13,962 nt of DNA from Paraphysomonas bandaiensis (Eukaryota > Protista > Chrysophyceae), in the NCBI GenBank assembly GCA_965644295.1, contig CBFFRP010000047.1, positions 1-13,962 on the forward strand, written 5' to 3'. Under the pieces are notes generated by a model that saw only the letters and a program-made list of their open reading frames with translations, had not been told where the DNA came from and did no database searches. This document shows, one piece after another, positions 1 through 7,637 of the stretch (positions are counted from its first letter, which is position 1; the number at the start of each line of letters is the position of its first letter). A program made the translations under genes and the position numbers.

Positions 1-647
1 ATAAATTGACATCTATATATAATATAGCATTACATTATTATATTCTATATTTAAATTAGAATTCAAGGTTTTATGAGTTTTTGCTTAAAGCTTCGCCATT
101 ATATCACTACAACTACATTCCAGAGCTTTAAGCATTGCCATTAGACATTATTATAAAAAAGTCATATAGATAACAAAGTAGATTTAATAAGTAGTTTTAA
201 TGGTAGAATCCCGGGGTTTTATAACCTTTACAAATTTAAATTATTTTTCATTTTAATTTTTCCCTCTCTCTATATCTACTATTAAATCTACTTATTAAAT
301 CTACTTTGTTATCTATATTACTTTTTATTATAACAATATAAATAATATATAAAGTTATTAATTTTATTTAAGAATATAAATAATATATAAAGTAATTATA
401 ACTTATTAATAATAAGTTATAAGTTAAACTTACAAAGAGAAGGAATTACAACCGAAGGTTGTAATTGGAAACACTCGAAGAGAAGAGGCCCCTTGAGGGG
501 CATGTGGGGTAGAAAAGAGGCCCCCCTCGTCCCCGCCTCCCCGTTTTTTTGCCCATAACATCAATAATAAGTAAAGTATAGCTAAACTTATTATCTTATT
601 ATTATTTTTGCTTGCAATATATTGCGATATATTGTTGGCTGGCCCTG
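1..647. mobile_element. Right end of a second, hAT-related TIR element with very AT-rich interior; left end outside the window
   Basis: 625-647 CGATATATTGTTGGCTGGCCCTG aligns without gaps to the right TIR of the complete hAT at 7293-7315 (CAATATATTGTTCCCTATCCCTG), 18/23 identical, with the same CCCTG terminus. It is immediately preceded by the same subterminal palindrome CAATATATTG (615-624). Interior 301-420 is only 11/120 G+C. Predicted TSD would be ACTGCACT (648-655), which cannot be verified here. Confidence 0.6.
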
Positions 648-673
648 ACTGCACTTGTCTGACTTTGTGGCAG

Positions 674-981
674 ACGTCGTCAATGAAGCTTTTTCCAGCA
701 GCCCGGGGAATGGTGTAATTTGTTTCAGTTTTAGAATGAACACAATCGAACACAATGTACATGCTTAAAGTCCAAGAGTAATTTTGAATATTTAAGCGTA
801 TAGTTTGTACGTTTGTACCGCTTGTTATGAAATGTATATGCGCACTCAAATTGATGGTATTAAAAATATTCCACTTAATTGACTTTAAGTCAGAAATTAA
901 GCAAGTCGTAATCAATTATTATTATTTGCTGTCTCATTTTTAATTAATTGATACACGCAGCTCTGCTGCTGTATTCTGTGA
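674..981 (+). CDS. Partial gene: last two exons (674-714, 961-981) of a putative prenylated protein ending ...VVNEAFSSSPGNGLCCCIL*
   Basis: Acceptor CTGAC-tttgtggcAG ends at 673, with the same branch-to-AG spacing as CTAAC-ttatatacAG in the cyclophilin intron. Donor GTAATT at 715, acceptor acgcAG at 960. The phase-0 join gives a C-terminal CaaX motif (CCIL) then TGA at 979-981. Upstream exons are not visible. Confidence 0.5.
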
Positions 982-1275
982 ACTGGAAGTGATTCGAAGC
1001 ACGGAGAGCTCACCACTCACTATACCTAGCAACGTGACCAGAAATCACCAGGGCCTGTACACTCTAACTGTGATCTTACACACTGTGAAACTAAACACTT
1101 AGGTATCTTAGTCCAAATATATATTTTCATTTTTATGAATCGGTACACTTGATTAACATGTGTTTTAATCAAGAAGTTTAGGACACTAGCACAGGTCAAA
1201 ACAATCACATGATAAATTAAACCCAATCCATTCATGCAAAAGACATCAGGGTATTTATCCATTCTTCAATGCAAT

Positions 1276-3061
1276 CTATATCAGATAGGTCTGGATAGAG
1301 TGAGCCGGTACGGTATTGATAAGCTCACCGTCGACGCCATCAATCGTGAGGTTCATCATCTGCAGAGCATCACATTACTGTCACTAAAAGCACGCACACA
1401 ACACCACAGCTACCTCAAAATGAAGCAGAGTATATGCAACTCACGCACTCACATATGTATTATTTATCATATATACACTACGTACTTTTACTACTTTCTT
1501 ACCTTGTCTTCCCCTCCACAATTCATCACAATAACCACAATGTCATGCTCTAGATCTTCCACTGACCATGAAGTTACATGGAGAGTGCTTTCGTCACACC
1601 CACCATAAGGCCACTGACAGTCCTCATATGTTGATTGCACATCAGCAGCGGAGTACACCTCGTGGTATACTCGCTCGGCTCCAGGAGGAAGATATCGAGA
1701 AAAGTGACCAAGATAGTAGTATTGGGGATGGTAGTAGACATTGAGTCCATCCTCAGAAGCTATAATAGCTGCATCACAGAAATTATCGACGTGGTTCGGG
1801 CCACCTGTTGAATCGAGTAAAATATTCCAATCGGTCCATCCAGCACTGCCTGACTCAAGATCTCCAATGATATCATACCCATAACCCTCCCCTTTGGACC
1901 AAGTACCATTGACAAGCCATGCCTACATATACAGCCCATGAGATATATAACGCAAACAGGTAGTCATCGAATATGGCGAAATACAAATTCTTCTTCACAT
2001 ATTGCTACACGTTTATTCGATTTAGGGCAAAACACAGAGCATGAATAACTCTTGGGTACCTCATCTGAGGCATCGTCCTCGAGAACAGTAAGCTCGTAAC
2101 ACGCCTCCGAAGGAAGTAGGATTGTTTCGGGATACTTCCCATAAACTGCAGCAACATTCGCGAAGCAACTACCTGAGTACCAGTGAAATGCAATGCCATC
2201 GATATATCGAGATGATGGACTTGACTCAGAAAGTAAGGTGTCTGCCCAGTCAGATATGTGGTCCTTGTTGTGGTCAAATCCGAATATTTTGACATCAGGG
2301 TGGTCTTGCTGCAGCACAGGGCCTAGATAACCACCAACAAATTCACTCATTTCAGAGGCTGTATACAGACATGACTCCCACGTCTGAGATGCCTCAGGCT
2401 CATTCTGTACGGTGACTCCCCATATAGGTACATTCTGGTTCTTATACGCCGTGATCCATTTGGAGTAATAGGATGCCCAAGACGGACGATACTGGTCAAG
2501 TAGAGACCCTCCATAGAGCATATCGTTATTATCTTTCATCCACGCTGGCGGGCTCCAGGGTGATCCAAACAAAAGCAAGTTCGGATTAGAGGCCAATGCG
2601 TCGTGAATCAGAGGTAGAGATAAGTTCTGATCGTACGTAACAGCAGTGTCAAAATAGTTCAAGTTTACATCATCCGCCACGTCATCAAAAGTGTAAACAT
2701 CCACACTAAAATCACAAGAGTGAATAGGCAGCCTTCCAGTGGTATACTTCAGTCCTGACTCGCTGTAGTAAGCGTCAATCACCTCCTTCTTGAGGTCTTT
2801 AGTGAGTGTCTTATAGACAGTAGCGGACGACTGCGTTAAGGCGCCTCCGAACCCCAGTATCTTCTGATACCTCTTAGAGGGGTCGACATGGACCGATATG
2901 AGGTCAGATGATGAGGGTATAGAGGAGGAGGAGAAGAACAGAGGCCTCTGTTGAGTGAGACGATCCTCTGTGGACTGGCAGGTCTGAACCCAATCAACAG
3001 ACACAGAGAGGGAGAGAGAGAGAGAGAGGAAGGTTAACAGAGGGAAGAGAGACTCCTGCAT
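1276..3061 (-). CDS. GBA: Glycoside hydrolase family 30 (glucosylceramidase-like), ~501 aa, 3 exons: 3061-2060, 1922-1503, 1359-1276
   Basis: GH30 motifs: YQKILGFGGALT, RLPIHSCDFS, GSPWSPPAWMK, TVQNEP (acid/base Glu), AFHWY, PSEAC (nucleophile Glu); exon 2 has GWTDWNILLDSTGGPNH and YYLGHFSRY; exon 3 has PAHSIQTY*. Introns 1923-2059 and 1360-1502 are GT-AG and phase 0. ATG at 3061 is preferred over 3232 because it starts a signal-peptide-like MQESLFPLLTFLSLSLSLSVS. The symbol denotes family homology, not proven orthology. Confidence 0.92.
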
Positions 3062-3667
3062 GAGGCTTATGAGAGAGAGGAACGGCACTGGACCACTTGA
3101 CAGAACTATCTGTACATACACTCCACGAACTGTCAGTGTGCATGTCGGATCCACAGTACAGTGCAGTACTTCGTGCCATCGCACACATGAATATGTAGTC
3201 CCTGTATTTCCTGTATGACAAGATATGTACATATCAATTTTACCGATTTTTGCTCATTGTTTAAAAAGTTCACTTTTTATTGAAAAAACGATGACTTTTC
3301 AATGAAATAAACAATGAGCCAAATCGAATTGGACCACGAAATACACTGTATAAATGGTAATACAGCGTATTCTGATCCTGCAGCAGTAGTGCAGTGTATA
3401 CCGCTGTATATGGGGTATACGATGCATATACAGTCACTCAACTGATCAACATACACAGTATACACTGCTGTATACCCTGTTCGTATATAACGACCCACTC
3501 CTGTGTGTATGTAGTGCAGCGTGCAGCACGTGCATATGCATTGAGTCCAGGAGACCGTCACGAGACATGAGAGTGAGAGGGGTGCAGTGCCATCATATCA
3601 GCTCACATGATCTGATCCGACGTATATATATATCAGGTAGAATTACCAGACCCTCACCAACCAAGAG
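3062..3667. promoter_or_regulatory. Divergent (head-to-head) intergenic/promoter region between GH30 and cyclophilin
   Basis: Inferred only from the opposite orientation of the two start codons (3061 minus, 3668 plus). No specific promoter element was identified. Confidence 0.5.
3157..3350. mobile_element. Possible degenerate Tc1/mariner-type MITE or fold-back relic
   Basis: Termini TACAGTGcagTACTTCGTG (3157-3175) and CACGAAATACACTGTA (3335-3350) are imperfect inverted repeats with TA-CAGTG...CACTG-TA ends. Nested IRs: GCTCATTGTTTA (3252-3263)/TAAACAATGAGC (3308-3319) and ATTGAAAA (3279-3286)/TTTTCAAT (3296-3303). Confidence 0.35.
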
Positions 3668-4653
3668 ATGATGGCCTGCAGCCGTATGCTGTGTTTGTTG
3701 ATAGTCCTTGAAGCTCTCGGCTGTGCACTTGCTGACCCCCCTTCCACTGCAACCAAAGTGCACGTATGTCGTATCACTCCATCAACAGTTGAAGTATCTA
3801 ACTTATATACAGTGCAGTACAACCAAAGGTGATTTTTCTCTCGCTGTATACCCTGAATGGGCCCCACTGGGAGCTGCTCGATTCCTTGAATTAGTTGAGG
3901 ACGGCTTCTATACCGGTATTACACTATAGTTATACTTTCCCTCCATAATGTATGCATTTAGATATTGCATTATATCGATGCGTGGATAAGTTTTTGGTCC
4001 AATTCGGCATAACAGAGAACCCAGAAAAGAAGCATTGGCATTTCAAAACCATTGAAGACGATCCTAACCTTCATAAGGGTATCAAGAAGCACTACCTTTC
4101 ATTTGCAGGAGGGGGAGCCAATACACGCTCGACCCAACTGTTTATAGCGTTTGAAGATTTAGATTTCTTGGGAAAAGCCCCGTGGGAAGTACCGTTTGGG
4201 GAAGTGATCGATGGTGGCTCGGTAGTAGATAGTTTTTATAAAGGCAACGGTGACATCCCACCGTTTGGTAAAGGACCTGACCAGCAGATGATTCATAAGC
4301 AAGGGAATGCTTATATACGCCAGAATTTCCCACACACAGACTTTATTCGCTCTTGCTATGTGGAAGTTCCCGCTGCACATCCCAAGCAACCCGCGAATGA
4401 ACCTATCCAGCCCGACACAAGAACAGGCACAGAAAAGCGCCACAACGAAATCATCGACAAGGTTCATAGCTCCCATTCTGAAAGCGATCTGCTGACATCG
4501 TTTCTTAGGAAGCAAACAGCAGGAGAGAATTCTAGTCGTCCGTCCAATGAACTCTCTGCTCTCTTCGCAGTAGTATTTTTATTAGTTGCAATTGCGGTAT
4601 TGTGTTGTCTTTACCAGTTTAAGTCTATACCATCATCAGGAAAATCGTTGTGA
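3668..4653 (+). CDS. Cyclophilin-type peptidyl-prolyl cis-trans isomerase with signal peptide and C-terminal transmembrane helix, ~296 aa, 3 exons: 3668-3763, 3813-3915, 3962-4653
   Basis: Spliced sequence reads MMACSRMLCLLIVLEALGCALA-DPPSTATKVH/CSTTKGDF..WAPLGAARFLELVEDGFYT/DIALYRCVDKFLVQFGI..LSFAGGGANTRSTQLFI..PFGEVIDG, which are cyclophilin fold motifs. Introns 3764-3812 (49 bp, phase 0) and 3916-3961 (46 bp, phase 1) are GT-AG. Hydrophobic LFAVVFLLVAIAVLCCLY lies near the C-terminus. Confidence 0.9.
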
Positions 4654-4895
4654 TATAATATTCTCCGGAGTTTTTATTTGTGATAAAGTGGTGTAAGTCA
4701 TTGTCGTGTAACTCATTGACTATGCGTTTATCCATTATTCGACGAATGTGTAATAGTTAGCCGCCTGGTTAGTGGCCTGGTAACTATAATCTGTAATGTA
4801 CAGTAGAAGCGAAGAAGCACATGGTTCGAACTTTCGAACTATAGTATTCACATGGGAATACGTACACTAATAATAAATTGATTCAACGTACATTA

Positions 4896-4903
4896 ATCTA
4901 CAT
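4896..4903. repeat. Left 8-bp target site duplication ATCTACAT of the hAT element
   Basis: An identical 8-mer lies at 7316-7323, directly outside the right TIR. Confidence 0.95.
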
Positions 4904-5049
4904 CAGGGATAGGGAACAATATATTGTATTGCAATATATTGTACAATATATTGCAATATATTGTAAAATATATTGATTGGTGGACTGGTCAAATATTCCA
5001 TCAATAGTGTTTCTGTTAATAGAGCTCACAATACTATTGCAATATATTG
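4904..5049. repeat. Left TIR plus subterminal array of palindromic CAATATATTG units
   Basis: Exact copies at 4917, 4932, 4944, 4954 and 5040; variants at 4966 (AAATATATTG) and 5029 (CAATACTATTG). Confidence 0.9.
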
Positions 5050-5280
5050 CAATCAATATTATGATAGTCATATAAGAGAAGATCCTCAACTGTATGGTGC
5101 AAAATATACGCCTCTGTATACAAATATCCGGAAAATAAGAAAAAAAGCCTATTTTTGATGTTATTTTCTATTTTTTATGTATCGCCAGCTCAAACAGCAC
5201 TCTACACCTCTCCACATGTATGTACAGTACTTCTCTTAATATAGTATATATATCCTATAGTGACAAGAAGAGACAACTGA

Positions 5281-7074
5281 ATGATGAGTGCATACAAGAG
5301 TAGGGACATTTACCGCTGTTTTTGGAGTCCGGTCGAAGGTGTCCCGAACAAACACGAGTGTAAAATCTGCGGACGTAAACGACAACAGAATATTCGGAAT
5401 GGATACAACAATCTAAAGGATCACACTTTCTCTCATGATGTGTGGGAGGAGACATTGAAGAGGTATTTACGGGCTGTCTGCACCAATGGTCCCATGGATG
5501 CTTTTGTTCTGCAGCCTTCAGACAAGGCGAAAACAATTTATGAGTGGGTGGAGTGCATTGTCGAGGAAAATCTTCCATTAAATTTCTGTGAGAAGAAATT
5601 AACTAGAAATAAGACTTCTTTGGGTAAGATAACTACAAAAACACTGAAAAAATATATGAGACTGTTGGAACTGAAGCTACGTGATATGATTAAAGATATA
5701 TTACCACCAACATTTGGTCTAGTCATGGACGGTTGGACGTCGGACTCCCACCACTACAGTGCAATATTTGCAACCTTTTGCGACCGAACCAATACTCCGA
5801 ATTTGTTATTGTTGTCTTGTAATGTGCAAGAGGATATTGATGACAACACTGTTTTCGATGAAGATCTACCTGATGAAGAGAAATTCTACGGATTCACTGC
5901 TGCGGATTGGTTTGATACTATCGTAGAAGTTCTCAATAAATTTGGAGTTGAGGTTAACGCTGACAATGTTTGCGACATTGTTGAGTTTTATCTTGGAGAT
6001 AACTGTGCTACAAACAGAAAATTGGCTACTGATTCTGGTAACACCGTATTACTTGTGTGAAATTGTCGAATGTTATAATATATATTAGGTGTACCCCTAG
6101 TTGGATGTGCATCTCACCGACTAAATCTCGCTGTCAATGAACTCATTGGCAGCAAAGAGAAGAGGAATAACCAAGGAGATGTGACAAGATCTGACGAAGG
6201 CATTAGGCCTCTTATTCGCAAAGTAGACCTACTAATGGGGAAGTTGAAGCAGATTAAGAATGCTGCATTGCTACGTGGCCAAACCAGTCTGCTACCAGAA
6301 AGGGTAAATGTCACAAGATGGTCTTCTATGTTTCAGGTTCTCGTAAAGTGGATGCGTATAAAAGATCATGTATTAAAAATTGAAGACTTACCGCTTGCAG
6401 TTACTGATATGATTCCTACTCCTCGACAGAATACCGAAATAATCGCCCTTGTAGACGACCTGAGGAAGTTTGAAAGCGTCTCGAAATTGCTTCAAACTGG
6501 AGGATCAAGTCAAGTGAATCTTTATGAATGCCGGAACATATTTGATGGCTTATTGAGGGACTTTAGGCCAAAGTATCCACTATCTGCTTTACAGAAAAAC
6601 AGTCCCATTGTTAATGATCCGAATTTCGAGAATGGAATTGCAAAACTCCAAGCAGGCGAAGAATTGGACTTGACAAGATCTGAGAAAGATGCTGTTAGAA
6701 TATATCTCCGTTCAGACAGTGATTATTGCAACAATACAGAGGATGATGAAGCTGAAGTTGGCTATGCGGAAAAAATTCTTCAATCAGCTCAAAAACTTAA
6801 GAAGCGAAAAGTTGAAATATCTAAGTACAGGTGCACGAGTCATGTAGTATGTACTTCCAATACGTGTGAACGCCTGTTCAGCGCAGCAAAACTGATTATA
6901 TCAGTGTTGCGCAAACGTATGCATCCTACTACACTTAATATGCTGTTGTTTCTGAAAGCTAACCGACAGTTGTGGCCGGATGCAAGCATATTTCAATCAA
7001 TATTGAATGAATATGGTGATGATGATGTCACCGATGATGGCTCAGAGGATGAGTATGAGGAAACTTTTAATTAG
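5281..7074 (+). CDS. hAT transposase (BED-type zinc finger, DDE catalytic domain, C-terminal dimerisation domain), ~580 aa, 2 exons: 5281-6037, 6089-7074
   Basis: N-terminal FW..CKIC..GYNNLKDH..SH (BED-like); MDGWT (first Asp), GDN (second Asp), GCASHRLNLAV (CxxH), TRWSS, CERLFS (catalytic Glu) and LLFLKAN. A 51-bp GT-AG intron at 6038-6088 (phase 1) joins the two track ORFs in frame as ...LATDSGVPLVGCASH... Confidence 0.95.
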
Positions 7075-7178
7075 TTAAGAGTAGTGGGTTTGATTATCAA
7101 GTGACCTTAGACCTTATAAAATATGGCAAGTACTAAAAATGAAAACTACGGATGTGTTTACTTACTGATTAGTCATAC

Positions 7179-7315
7179 TAATATATTGCAATATATTGTA
7201 CAATATATTGCAATATATTGCAATAGTATTGTAGGGCCGGTTTAAAAAATCCATCAATACTATTGATGGAACGCTACCTAACAATAGTATTGCAATATAT
7301 TGTTCCCTATCCCTG
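7179..7315. repeat. Right subterminal CAATATATTG array plus right TIR
   Basis: Exact copies at 7189, 7201, 7211 and 7293; variants CAATAGTATTG at 7221 and 7282; palindrome TCCATCAATA-C-TATTGATGGA at 7250-7270. Confidence 0.9.
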
Positions 7316-7323
7316 ATCTACAT
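7316..7323. repeat. Right 8-bp target site duplication ATCTACAT
   Basis: Identical to 4896-4903. Confidence 0.95.
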
Positions 7324-7637
7324 GAATATCTCTGGCGTTGGGGATGCGACCAATATAACAACAATAACTTATATTATGTGATCATCAATACTAAATCCAA
7401 TATGCATCGTTTAAGAGCAATCTGTGACTTTATGTCGAAAATAACATCACAAAATTGCTGTATATGTAAAACAAATGATGCATACATACTACAAAGTAGC
7501 ACACGTAATGTCAAAACACCCACGAGAGAAGATTCCTGCACATGCAACATTTAAAGAAGCCCACGTATGGAAAACATTGTCACACACATATTTACGCAGT
7601 ACAGGAACATCAGCAAACTCATACAACACATGAAAAC

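Larger units (their letters stand above)
4904..7315 (+). mobile_element. Complete autonomous hAT-superfamily DNA transposon, 2412 bp
   Basis: Perfect 23-bp TIRs CAGGGATAGGGAACAATATATTG (4904-4926 and 7293-7315), perfect 8-bp TSD, subterminal CAATATATTG arrays at both ends, and an internal transposase gene. Confidence 0.97.

Noticed and set aside
430-915. 161-aa minus-strand ORF
   Set aside because: Non-ATG start, no recognisable motifs, and it crosses the putative element boundary at 647 and an intron of the plus-strand gene.
1234-1608. 124-aa plus-strand ORF (and 1026-1262 minus)
   Set aside because: The first is an antisense shadow over GH30 exons 2-3 and intron; the second lies in the 3' flank with no motif support.
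3062-3232. 57-aa N-terminal extension of the GH30 ORF
   Set aside because: Non-homologous, intergenic-like composition; the downstream ATG at 3061 gives a proper signal peptide.
4755-4845. tRNA- or SINE-like signal (GGTTCGAAC B-box-like motif with a weak upstream A-box)
   Set aside because: No T-stem or acceptor-stem pairing could be built; the motif is part of a short TTCGAACT tandem duplication.
4904-5050. CRISPR-like appearance of repeated CAATATATTG units
   Set aside because: Units are 10 bp, abutting or irregularly spaced, with no unique spacers; they are explained as hAT subterminal repeats in a eukaryote.
5281-7074. Transposase as a pseudogene split into two ORFs
   Set aside because: A canonical 51-bp GT-AG intron removes the stop and restores a continuous frame through the CxxH motif.
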